A DNA stretch of 64,000 bases from Fidelibacterota bacterium (GTDB lineage: Bacteria; Fidelibacterota; Marinisomatia; Marinisomatales; TCS55), in the NCBI GenBank assembly GCA_046861385.1, contig JBHHTW010000003.1, positions 32,001-96,000 of the forward strand, in the 5' to 3' direction. Within the stretch, counting starts at the first letter, position 1; the number at the start of each line of letters is the position of its first letter. Of this stretch, positions 30,833 through 40,567 are shown one piece after another. The position numbers and the translations under genes are program-made. The notes beneath the pieces are model-generated. The model saw only the letters and a list, made by a program, of their open reading frames with translations, was not told the origin of the DNA and did no database searches.

Positions 30833-31948
30833 TCAAATTCGGATAAATATTTTTTTTCTGTACAACCAATAAAGAATCAACCACCACATCAAAACATGGG
30901 TCAGGGCAAATAATAGGGAACCATTCATGTTCCCTGCCATTGGCTGAAAAATTGTTTTATATAAATATGAATAGCCGGAGACCATTTCGCCGTTCAGCGA
31001 AAATTTTATTTTTAATATGGTTTTAGCCCATAATCCTGATCCCACAAATACAAAAATGGAATTGGTTCCATAGATGATAAAGGGCTGAAAAATCTTCTTG
31101 TAACCTTTGATATCAATAACCCAAATCAGTCCTGTTAAAACCAGCGTGGCAATCCCTGCAGTAAATACCACATAAGAACTGGTCCATAACGCTTTATTGA
31201 TGGGCATAAAAATAGACCATATTAGTCCAACGATAATTTGAATTGATCCGGTAATGGCTAAATTTTTCAGAATTTTCCCCCGATTTTCTCCGGCTGTTTG
31301 AATCATCACACCAGCCATATATCCAAAAAGTACCGTTATAACAGATGATATAGTGCTGAATAGTCCTTCCGGATCAAATGGAATACCCGTTCCCCTCCAT
31401 AGATGGTTTGATCCGAGTAGAAACATATCTATTTTCCGGATAAGATTTCCTTCCAGTGAATATGGATCTGGGCCTCCAAATCCCCACATGATAAGCCAAT
31501 AAGCAATTAATGTTGCCGGAATTATTTTCCAAAGGTCTTTAATTGAAAAACGAATTACAAGAACAGCGCTGATTCCGTAAGCTAATGCAATCCTTTGGAG
31601 AACTCCCATAATGCGGATATTTCCCCAATTCCAATCCTGGCGAATAAATGGAAAAATGCCTAAAAGGAATCCGAAAACGAAAATGGTTACAGTTCGCCAA
31701 AATATTTTCGAGTATATTTCCCGACTAGGTTTAAAATCGAATTTTGAGAATGAAAACCTCATGGCAACGCCGACAATAAATAAGAAAAATGGAAACACTA
31801 AGTCAGTGGGTGTACATCCATGCCAGTGTGCATGCCGGAATGGAGCATATACATAAGACCAACTACCGGGGTTATTGACCAGTATCATTAAGGCGATGGT
31901 CATGCCTCTAAATACATCCAGGGCGAAAAATCTATTTGTTTGTTTCAT
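30833..31948 (-). CDS. HGSNAT/NagX-like (DUF5009) membrane acyltransferase
   Basis: ALDVFRG..MILVNNPG, HAHWHGCTPTDLVFPFF, GVLQRIAL, DPEGL and PINKALWTSSYV. Confidence 0.88.
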   Translation of the reverse strand: MKQTNRFFALDVFRGMTIALMILVNNPGSWSYVYAPFRHAHWHGCTPTDLVFPFFLFIVGVAMRFSFSKFDFKPSREIYSKIFWRTVTIFVFGFLLGIFPFIRQDWNWGNIRIMGVLQRIALAYGISAVLVIRFSIKDLWKIIPATLIAYWLIMWGFGGPDPYSLEGNLIRKIDMFLLGSNHLWRGTGIPFDPEGLFSTISSVITVLFGYMAGVMIQTAGENRGKILKNLAITGSIQIIVGLIWSIFMPINKALWTSSYVVFTAGIATLVLTGLIWVIDIKGYKKIFQPFIIYGTNSIFVFVGSGLWAKTILKIKFSLNGEMVSGYSYLYKTIFQPMAGNMNGSLLFALTHVLMWWLILYWLYRKKIFIRI

Positions 31949-33762
31949 GAGTCTAATTGTGAAATGAGTTTACTCCAAATCCACCAAAACCCAAAGCCTG
32001 ATAAAGCAAAAAGCAGCAAGGCGTAACCATTGTTCCCAAACATCCAGTTTCCAATGGCAAAATTCAATCCATAAATCAGCGCGATACCTGCAATCCAGTT
32101 GAAAAAGAAACCATCGGTAACCGGCTGCATCGTTGAATGCTTTGCAAACTTCCCCCAATATCCCCCAGGTTGAACACGGTTATAGAAATTCTTTAAAGTG
32201 GCTTCAGGTTCCGGTTTAGTCAAATATGTCACAACGAGCCAAACGATGATTGCCGCTGGTACTATGATCATTAGTTTATGATGAACCTGAATCGGAATTC
32301 CAAATAAAATAGGCGTTTCATTAAACAGGGCATAAGTTTTACCACCAGCGATGGTTTGCTGCCAGGCAATAATTTCCAGTATAACTGTAATAATGATCGA
32401 GGTTAGTAATGCAGATATTTCTGTCCAGGCATTGATTCGCCACCAAAACCAGCGAAGAATCAGGACTGCACCAATTCCAGCTCCCATGGCAAAAATAAAT
32501 TCCCATGCTTTGCTGATGCTATGCATATTAATGGCAACAAAAGCGGCAAATACCATAAGTAAAACTGTTATGATTCTACTGACAAAAACATAATGATTTT
32601 GATCTCCATCCTTTTTAATAAACCGTTTATATACATCATTAATTAAATAAGACGCTCCCCAATTCAGATGGGTGTCAATGGTGGACATAAATGCCGCCAA
32701 AAATGAAACCACTAATAATCCTTTTAATCCCGGTCCAAGAAATTGATTCATAATGAGAGGGTAACCTGCTTTGGAACCCAACGCGGCGTGGGATTCCGGA
32801 ATGATGGGAAATACAACAATTGAGACTAAGGCAACTGCAACCCAAGGCCAAACACGTAAAGCATAATGGGCTAAATTGAACCAAAGTGTCGCTGCTAATG
32901 CGTGCTTTTCATTCTTAGCGGATGACATACGTTGAATAATATACCCGCCGCCATCTGTGCCGTGGTGGGACCACCACATGACAGTGATAAATATTAAGAA
33001 TTTTGAAAATGGAGATTCCCAAAATGTTGAAGTGGCAATATTGGCATCCGGAAGGGGAGGGATAAATTTCAACGTTGTATCATGAACAGCGCCTGAAGAG
33101 GAAAGAGCAGCTAATTTTTCTAATAATACATTCATACCACCCACAGCATCCACAGCGATGATTGCAAGTATAATTGAACCAGCCATGGCGATAATAAACT
33201 GAACCAAATCAGTAACCACCACACCCCAAAATCCCGAAAGAAGTGCATAAAGAAGTGCGATAATCACACAAATCCACACGGCAGTCCAGCGATCTATATT
33301 GAGCATTACCGCAGCGACTGACGCCATGGCATTAATGACCCATCCCATGACAATGAAATTATACAAAATAGCAAAATACCCAGCCTTGAATGCTCTTAAT
33401 ACAGCCGCCGGTTTTCCGCTATAGCGGATTTCCAATAATTCATTATCCGTTAATACTTCTGCCCGCCGCCAAAGCCGTGAGAAAAGCAATGCGCCAAGGA
33501 GGCCGGATAATAATAAATTCCACCAAAACCAATTTTGCCAAATTCCCGGTCCCCGGACAAATTCGGTGATGGCAAGAGGCGTATCTGCGGCGAAAGTCGT
33601 GGCCACCATAGAAGTTCCCACTATCCACCAGGGGAGGGTACGGCCGGAAAGAAAATATTCCTCCGTATTTTGTCCCGCTCGCTTGGAAAAATAAATTCCA
33701 ACGCCTAATGAAAATAAAATGTATACAATAATGATGATCCAATCGATTGTTGCTAATGCCAT
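31945..33762 (-). CDS. Sodium:solute symporter
   Basis: EYFLSGRTLPWW, ATTFAADTP, QRMSSAK and AAFMSTIDTHLNWG. Confidence 0.92.
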   Translation of the reverse strand: MALATIDWIIIIVYILFSLGVGIYFSKRAGQNTEEYFLSGRTLPWWIVGTSMVATTFAADTPLAITEFVRGPGIWQNWFWWNLLLSGLLGALLFSRLWRRAEVLTDNELLEIRYSGKPAAVLRAFKAGYFAILYNFIVMGWVINAMASVAAVMLNIDRWTAVWICVIIALLYALLSGFWGVVVTDLVQFIIAMAGSIILAIIAVDAVGGMNVLLEKLAALSSSGAVHDTTLKFIPPLPDANIATSTFWESPFSKFLIFITVMWWSHHGTDGGGYIIQRMSSAKNEKHALAATLWFNLAHYALRVWPWVAVALVSIVVFPIIPESHAALGSKAGYPLIMNQFLGPGLKGLLVVSFLAAFMSTIDTHLNWGASYLINDVYKRFIKKDGDQNHYVFVSRIITVLLMVFAAFVAINMHSISKAWEFIFAMGAGIGAVLILRWFWWRINAWTEISALLTSIIITVILEIIAWQQTIAGGKTYALFNETPILFGIPIQVHHKLMIIVPAAIIVWLVVTYLTKPEPEATLKNFYNRVQPGGYWGKFAKHSTMQPVTDGFFFNWIAGIALIYGLNFAIGNWMFGNNGYALLLFALSGFGFWWIWSKLISQLDS

Positions 33763-33763
33763 A

Positions 33764-35020
33764 TTAATAGAGTTTCTTTAGGTTTGAGTTTGTGAAATAA
33801 TGAGTGAGTATATCTTCGGTTGAATAACCGTTTAAGGCCATGCCCAACGCTCCAATTTGACAAAGGCCTACTCCATGTCCCCAGCCGGCACCTTTGAATT
33901 CAATATGGTCCCCATCCATATTGACCATAAAACATGAACTATATAAAAAGGATGGATGCAGCATTCTACGAATCTCATACTCGCTCTTAATTTGAATTGT
34001 TTTGGATTTACCTTCACTTGTTTGGTAGTCTAAATATAAGTGATTTATTCTTCCCGATTTACCACGTTTTAATGAATCAATTTTATCAATATGACTTACT
34101 GTCATATTAATTATTTTAGAAAAAAATGCGCAAAACTCTTTCTGAGTAAAATTCACGTTCCAACGAAAATAGGAGCCCTTTTTATCAACGATTCCCAAAT
34201 AGGCGTGAAGATCCATTTCATTTGCGTAAGTCGGACTACAAAAAGTATTTGGACGATCGTCGAACCATTGATCCCAATCTATGTTAACATCTGTTTCCGG
34301 TCCATCGTAAACACTGGTTAAATACGGTTTTGGTTCCATGTCCCAGACGTATTCTGCTCCCTCTGTTATTCCGCCGCAGGATTTTGAATACCTTGCATCG
34401 CAAATTTGATTGTCATGAATCAGGAATATCCCCTTTGAATCATTGGCTGCTTTGATAGATATTTCGGTCATTTGTCCCAATCCCTGATATCGCTGACAGC
34501 AATCATCGTTACAGGCATCCAAACCCAAATCGCCATGCTTCTTTTCTTCGGCAGCCATAATCCAGGACCGGGCAGTAATGGTTTGAGCTTCTAATAATGC
34601 CGGAGGGCATTTCCCGCTCATTTCCGAAACCGCCACACAAGCAAGATATTGTTCCAGAGGCACTTCATTGACCACAAGCAAATATTGATTTTGGGATTTT
34701 ATTCTGATATTTCCCGGTAAAATAACGTCAATGGGTTTTTCCCAGTGGAATCCCCGGCCAGCCGGCACTTCATGAACGGTAATGCCACGTGGATCAAATT
34801 GTGACTTGCTTTTTCGTATAAATACATCGCCGTCCTCGATCGAAATATTTAATTTATTTTTATTTTTTCCGATCCATGTTAATGGTCTGTTTGAATCTAT
34901 TTCATACTGGGACGGATGGGTAAAGGAAAGGGTGACCGATTTTCTTTGATCCTCCGGTAAAATAATCCCAATTTGAATCAGGGGCTCAGAACCGGGTAAT
35001 ATATTTGATGAAATATTCAT
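33764..35020 (-). CDS. SpoIID/LytB-domain protein (lytic transglycosylase-like), no signal peptide
   Basis: VNEVPLEQYLACVAVSEM, EAQTITARS, CQRYQG, YSKSCGG and GAGWGHGVGLCQIGA. Confidence 0.88.
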   Translation of the reverse strand: MNISSNILPGSEPLIQIGIILPEDQRKSVTLSFTHPSQYEIDSNRPLTWIGKNKNKLNISIEDGDVFIRKSKSQFDPRGITVHEVPAGRGFHWEKPIDVILPGNIRIKSQNQYLLVVNEVPLEQYLACVAVSEMSGKCPPALLEAQTITARSWIMAAEEKKHGDLGLDACNDDCCQRYQGLGQMTEISIKAANDSKGIFLIHDNQICDARYSKSCGGITEGAEYVWDMEPKPYLTSVYDGPETDVNIDWDQWFDDRPNTFCSPTYANEMDLHAYLGIVDKKGSYFRWNVNFTQKEFCAFFSKIINMTVSHIDKIDSLKRGKSGRINHLYLDYQTSEGKSKTIQIKSEYEIRRMLHPSFLYSSCFMVNMDGDHIEFKGAGWGHGVGLCQIGALGMALNGYSTEDILTHYFTNSNLKKLY

Positions 35021-35059
35021 TAACCTGACAATGGAATTTCTCGTATTGCCATCATTTTT

Positions 35060-36247
35060 TCAATTATTCTTCTCGAAGAGGACTGCATCAATTCCGGCTC
35101 CTAAAGCGGGTGCATCACGAAGGGTTGAAATGTGGATCAGGTCCGGATTTAATTCTCCGTTTTTCAAATAAGTCGATTTTGCAGTGGAGTTGAGGGAGAG
35201 AGCCTCTTCGATCCGATGGACAATGTGAGCCGTCAGAGGTTCCCAAAATAATCCCATTCCCTTTGAATCATTGAGGAGCATTCCCAACCGCTGGCCCAAA
35301 ATGATTCGTTCAACCACCGTTCCCAAAAACGGGTGATCCGGAGAGGGAACTGCTCGGTCAGGGTTGATTAATCCGAATCGGCCGCTCCAACCTGAAAAAA
35401 TGGTTTCAATTCGCTCAAAAATGAGTTCGGCCAGGTTGTGACTGACATCCCGGAAAGTGAGATTTGCAGCATCTTCACCTTGGTGAGCCAGTTCCAGAAT
35501 GACTGTTGGATAGACTGAATCCCGGATTAATATATCCATTGGAATACCCGAATGGCGGCAGTAAATGGATTGAATTCCTCCCGCTGATGCAAACTTTTCC
35601 AAGGGAATGTTTTGAGCGTTGACCATTTCCCATGATTTTAATAACCAGGATTTTGTTTGATCCAGCGGAACCAATTCGCCATTTAATTTCAAGGCGTCTG
35701 CGCTACCGGTTCCACCACCTAAATAATACCCATTCTCTACGGACTGAAATAACCCATCTTTTGCATATTCCTCTCCCAATCCACAATAGTCAGCGTCGCT
35801 GCCCAATCGATGAATGGGCTTTGCCAATTGTATATTGGCATTAATGAGCGCCTTTTCTAAATCATCGGAAAATTGAGGCATTCTGGGTCCATTTGCCATG
35901 GCGGCAATTCCCCGGCCATCCAGTGTTTTTAATCCTGGCATCCCAATGCCGAGAACCACAGGTTTATCCCGATATAGGTCTGATATGGTTTTTATAAATG
36001 TTTCAATTATCGCTTTTCCTTGATTCAATTCGTCCGACGTTAATTGAATCTTCGATTTCATTTCTTTGAGTTGGATTTGAATATCAACGGGTGAAAATTT
36101 TTCGATAAAAAGGGAGGAGTCAGAATATTTATATTGAGAATGGGATTCTCCTAAACAAAATCCATCTCTGGATTGTAGAACCTCCCTGGCACTGATTTTT
36201 GTCGCACCGCCGTCAATTCCCATGATCATTGGGTGGTGAGTCATCAT
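35060..36247 (-). CDS. ROK-family (ASKHA) sugar kinase-like protein
   Basis: GIDGGATK, GIGMPG, SDA (for NDA), GGGTG, LEKFASAGGI and APALGAG. Confidence 0.72.
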   Translation of the reverse strand: MMTHHPMIMGIDGGATKISAREVLQSRDGFCLGESHSQYKYSDSSLFIEKFSPVDIQIQLKEMKSKIQLTSDELNQGKAIIETFIKTISDLYRDKPVVLGIGMPGLKTLDGRGIAAMANGPRMPQFSDDLEKALINANIQLAKPIHRLGSDADYCGLGEEYAKDGLFQSVENGYYLGGGTGSADALKLNGELVPLDQTKSWLLKSWEMVNAQNIPLEKFASAGGIQSIYCRHSGIPMDILIRDSVYPTVILELAHQGEDAANLTFRDVSHNLAELIFERIETIFSGWSGRFGLINPDRAVPSPDHPFLGTVVERIILGQRLGMLLNDSKGMGLFWEPLTAHIVHRIEEALSLNSTAKSTYLKNGELNPDLIHISTLRDAPALGAGIDAVLFEKNN

Positions 36248-36370
36248 ATCAGTTCTAAAAGCCTTGAATTATGGTATAAATACGAAGGTACTGCAGACAT
36301 TCTTGTCTGTACAACGACGAAAAAATAATTAATTAATAAAACGACGATTGATATTATTCTCGCTTGTTTG

Positions 36371-37897
36371 TCAAGATGATTGATTCAGTGCCTGCCTTCT
36401 ATTTATTGCTTTTAAACGCATTTCATCTTTTGCTTCATCATTTCTAACAATAGTTACTTCGTCAATGCTGTGATCGGTACCTCCGGGATGACGAATCACA
36501 TCGTAAATGGCATCATAAATTCTCCCAATGCGATATCGCTCACTGATCCGAAGAACCATTTCATAATCCTCAGCATAATTTCTAGTATAAGGATCATCAT
36601 TCATCCCAAAATAACCAATATCTTTGATGACCTGAATGGCCATGGAACGGGGGGCTCCGGCGCCACCGATCCTCAATAAATTATTTCGTCCATTATCTTC
36701 GGTCCATTCATCGTGAGTGACAGTGGGAATCTCTGTTTTCCTCAAGAGAGAGCCATCTTCTTGTTTTTCCCAGACATCATAACTCCCAATGACCATTCCC
36801 ACTTCCGGGTGGGCATTAAAAATATTCAATATTGATTCAACTGCATGTGGTTTTAACCGGTCATCAGAATCCAATTGGACGTAAAATTCTCCCCGGGAAG
36901 CCTCCACGCCTGTGTTCAGACAAAAACCAATATTATTTATATCCACAACCTGGAGTCGCACATCCGGGTTCTCTTCACGGTATTGATCCCCGCCGGGCAG
37001 ATATCGTTTGATTTCCGGAATGGTGGAATCGTCTTCTCCGCCATTTACGACGACGATAATTTCAATATTTTTTTCAGTTTGTTGAAAACAACTTTCCAGA
37101 GCTGTCGCCATGAATTCCGGTCGCTCATTCACAGGAATAATTATTGTGGCTTTGACGGTGGGTTGGTGTTGGGGTATCGGTCGTTTCCGGTAGAATTTAC
37201 CGGGAGGCAAATAAGCACCGATTCGCCGGAGATGAGCCGTACATATTTCTTCAGCTTCTAGCTGGCTGCCCTTGCTTTCCATAAGGTAATCAAACACATT
37301 CGCAGATTCTTTGGGTGCAGTGATAGTATATAAACTTCCACTGTATTTATTTCCGATCCGAATCAATTTCCCTGCTTCAGATAATTTCAACCTTAAATCA
37401 TAGAGAGGATGGTACTGAAGAGACGTCTTCATTCCTCCGCATTTTAAAAAAGCAGATGTTCGAATGCAAAAAACGCGGCCATAGTCCTGATTGTCCCGGA
37501 CCCTGCCCAAATGGTGATGCAATAAATGGATTTCCTGGATGCCATGCTCATTTTCCAAATCATAATCAGAATAAATCATGGATGCCTTGGGATTGCGCTT
37601 TAGAGTGAGTGTCAATATGTCCACAGCAGATCGATTCAAACGAACCGGTGTTGTTCGGTTATCAATAAGCAGAATAAAAGGATCATTGGATTCCTGAACC
37701 GCTTGATTGACGGAAGCAGCATAGGAATCTTTTCCTCCGGATAAAAATTGGATGGAAGAATCTGCATCGGCAAAAGGTTTGCCAATGGCTATAATTTGCT
37801 CAACAGGTGTGGATTGTGATAAAATGGAATGGATTGTATCCCGGATATCAGTAGCTGACTGATTTTTCAGGTCAGGGATGGAGAAAATGATGGTCAT
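36371..37897 (-). CDS. Glycosyltransferase family 2 with two GT-A-like domains
   Basis: C-terminal domain TIIIPVNER, QLDSDD and AEDYE; degenerate N-terminal domain (MIYSDYD, DYG, YDLRLKL). Confidence 0.85.
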   Translation of the reverse strand: MTIIFSIPDLKNQSATDIRDTIHSILSQSTPVEQIIAIGKPFADADSSIQFLSGGKDSYAASVNQAVQESNDPFILLIDNRTTPVRLNRSAVDILTLTLKRNPKASMIYSDYDLENEHGIQEIHLLHHHLGRVRDNQDYGRVFCIRTSAFLKCGGMKTSLQYHPLYDLRLKLSEAGKLIRIGNKYSGSLYTITAPKESANVFDYLMESKGSQLEAEEICTAHLRRIGAYLPPGKFYRKRPIPQHQPTVKATIIIPVNERPEFMATALESCFQQTEKNIEIIVVVNGGEDDSTIPEIKRYLPGGDQYREENPDVRLQVVDINNIGFCLNTGVEASRGEFYVQLDSDDRLKPHAVESILNIFNAHPEVGMVIGSYDVWEKQEDGSLLRKTEIPTVTHDEWTEDNGRNNLLRIGGAGAPRSMAIQVIKDIGYFGMNDDPYTRNYAEDYEMVLRISERYRIGRIYDAIYDVIRHPGGTDHSIDEVTIVRNDEAKDEMRLKAINRRQALNQSS

Positions 37898-38009
37898 GGT
37901 GTATGGATTTTATATGTTTAATTGATTTTTAAGAAGCAGAAACTAATGAAAATAAATTCATAGTTCAGGCAACTTTTTTTGTTCTATTATCTATTATTAA
38001 AAAAACAAT

Positions 38010-39251
38010 TCAAGGAGAAACGGTTTGCATGATAATCCCACATAACCAGGCTCCGTAAGTGCCGACAGCATAACCAAAAACTGCAAGTAGAACACCCACC
38101 GATGCGAGGGATGGATGAAAAGCCGAGGCTACGATGGGCGCTGAGGCAGCCCCTCCAATATTTGCCTGACTACCCACAGCGAGGAAAAAGAAAGGAGCCT
38201 TGATTATCTTTGCTGCAACGATGAGTAAAATGGCATGAATACTAATCCAAATAATTCCCACGAGGAAAAGACCTGGATGATCAAAAATGGCTAATATATT
38301 CATTTTCATTCCAATGGTAGCTACGAGAATATAAAGGAAAAGACTTCCAAAATTGGATGCACCGACACTTTCAAGATTTCTTACCCTGGTAAACGAAAGG
38401 AATATGGCGATGGTTGTGGAAAGAACAATGATCCAAAAAAAACCAGATGTTAAACTAAATCTCGACAAATAAGGAGCATGAATTTGTATCCAGGGTGCAA
38501 TCAAATCTGATAAATAATGAGATAATGATGTAATTCCAAATCCGGCACCAAGGATAGTGAACAAGTCTACCAATTCTGGTATTTGTCTGGTTCGGGCATG
38601 GTAATTCTCCATTTTAATAACTAACCTATCAATAGAAGATGTATCTCCCTTTAACCATTTATCAATTTTTTTATGAATGCCTGCACCATATAAAAGAAAA
38701 GCCATCCAAATATTCGCAACAATTACATCGATGGTAATCATGGCTGAAAATAAGTTATCATTCACTTCGAAAACTTCTTTCATGGCGGCTTGGTTGGCAC
38801 CTCCACCTATCCAACTTCCTGCAATCGTTGTCAACCCTCGCCAAACGGCTTCGGAACCAGCGCCACCAACTGTTTCAGGAGAAATTAGAGACATAATTAA
38901 AATAGCGATAGGACCGCCAATGATAATACCAAATGTCCCTGTTAAAAACATGATTAATGCTTTGGGCCCTAATTTTAATATTTCCTTTAAATCAATACTT
39001 ATGGTTAGAAGCACTAGGCTGGTGGGTAGTAGGTATCGGGATGCAACAAAATACAATTTAGAATCGTCGCCTGAAATAATTCCAAATGAATTGAGCAATG
39101 ATGGAATAAAATAGGCCAATAATAAAGTAGGAACAAAAGTATAGAATTTTTTCCAAAAAGGAGAATTGCATTTTGATGTTCTAAAAATAAAAACAAGGAT
39201 TCCTATTAGTATACCTAATACAACTGCATCGTTTGTAATGAATGGTTTCAT
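38010..39251 (-). CDS. DUF819 family membrane protein
   Basis: AGSWIGGGANQAAM and GSQANIGGAASAP; multi-TM. Confidence 0.85.
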   Translation of the reverse strand: MKPFITNDAVVLGILIGILVFIFRTSKCNSPFWKKFYTFVPTLLLAYFIPSLLNSFGIISGDDSKLYFVASRYLLPTSLVLLTISIDLKEILKLGPKALIMFLTGTFGIIIGGPIAILIMSLISPETVGGAGSEAVWRGLTTIAGSWIGGGANQAAMKEVFEVNDNLFSAMITIDVIVANIWMAFLLYGAGIHKKIDKWLKGDTSSIDRLVIKMENYHARTRQIPELVDLFTILGAGFGITSLSHYLSDLIAPWIQIHAPYLSRFSLTSGFFWIIVLSTTIAIFLSFTRVRNLESVGASNFGSLFLYILVATIGMKMNILAIFDHPGLFLVGIIWISIHAILLIVAAKIIKAPFFFLAVGSQANIGGAASAPIVASAFHPSLASVGVLLAVFGYAVGTYGAWLCGIIMQTVSP

Positions 39252-39466
39252 AAAGTTTTTCTCCGTTTTCTACTATGATACGTCCATATCAAATTCAATA
39301 ATTAATCGTGTAAAACCTAACGCAAAATATTAGTAAAAAATTTCATGGAGCTTCAGAAATTAATAGTGAGCTAACTATCAATATTTTTTCTCTGTGGCGA
39401 TAAAACAGATGATCCTTTTATAGTAATGGAACGCTAATTTAAATTGTACTCGCTTTTAAGAATACC

Positions 39467-40300
39467 GTGTGGCATAAAATACTAAATAACATTTTCGTCA
39501 AAAATCAATTTCTCGTTGGTTTTGTTCTCATTTTGGCTCTTAACGGCGCGGAAAAAAATACAGTCATCATCCATAGCAATACTATGGATAAGGATTTACC
39601 CTGTATCGTTATTCTTCCCGATAATTATACTGTTTCAACAGATCGATTTTCTGTCGTTTATCTTCTCCACGGGTATGGTGGTAATTACCAAAACTGGTCT
39701 GAACATAAGGATTTGGGAAAAGAATCAGATAAATACAATCTCATAATCGTTTGCCCGGACGGAGGAACCAATAGCTGGTATTTAGATAGTCCTATCGATT
39801 TGGAAAGCCAATACAGGACTTATGTAGGACAGGAAGTGGTTCAATATATTGATATGTATTATAAAACCATTCCTGATAAGCACAATAGAGCCATTACAGG
39901 GTTAAGCATGGGGGGGCACGGTGCATTATATCTGGCTTTAGAATTTCCTGATATATTCGGAGCTGTCGGAAGCATGAGTGGCGTCGTTGATTTAACCTAT
40001 ACGACTAAAAAATATGAACTGATAGAAAAAATTGGTTCATTTGAAAAATACCCTGAGCGGTGGGAACAATATTCTGTTATTTCGAACGTGGAAAAATTTA
40101 TAGGTACCGGCACAAAAATAATTATGGACTGCGGTGTGGACGATGTATTTATTGAAAGTAATCGAGCATCCCATAAAAAATTACTTGAATTGGAAATATC
40201 CCATGATTATTCGGAAAAACCCGGCGGACATAGCTGGAATTATTGGGTAAACATTTTAGATTATCATTTGATGGCCTTTCAAAAATTTTTTCAACCGTAA
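39467..40300 (+). CDS. Secreted esterase (tributyrin esterase/CE1-like alpha/beta hydrolase)
   Basis: VYLLHGYGG, GLSMGGHG nucleophile elbow, DCGVDD and GGHSWNYW. Confidence 0.88.
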   Translation: MWHKILNNIFVKNQFLVGFVLILALNGAEKNTVIIHSNTMDKDLPCIVILPDNYTVSTDRFSVVYLLHGYGGNYQNWSEHKDLGKESDKYNLIIVCPDGGTNSWYLDSPIDLESQYRTYVGQEVVQYIDMYYKTIPDKHNRAITGLSMGGHGALYLALEFPDIFGAVGSMSGVVDLTYTTKKYELIEKIGSFEKYPERWEQYSVISNVEKFIGTGTKIIMDCGVDDVFIESNRASHKKLLELEISHDYSEKPGGHSWNYWVNILDYHLMAFQKFFQP

Positions 40301-40567
40301 ATTCAGCATATCCATTGTATGGAAACTTATATATTCATCCTTTTTGGTAGAAAGATCCTAGACTCTGGTAAATAACAAACTTATCTGGATTTTTGGATTG
40401 CTCCGACAGGGTCAATGGATTCCATATTCTCAACGGATTTATTTAATTATCAGAAAAGAAGAGAGGGGGGGGTGGTATAAAATCCACAATATTCCATTTT
40501 GCGTTTTATAGTTTCTAAAAAACTATTTTTTTAGTATTAGATTTGGTGCTCCAAAATCAGAGTATTC

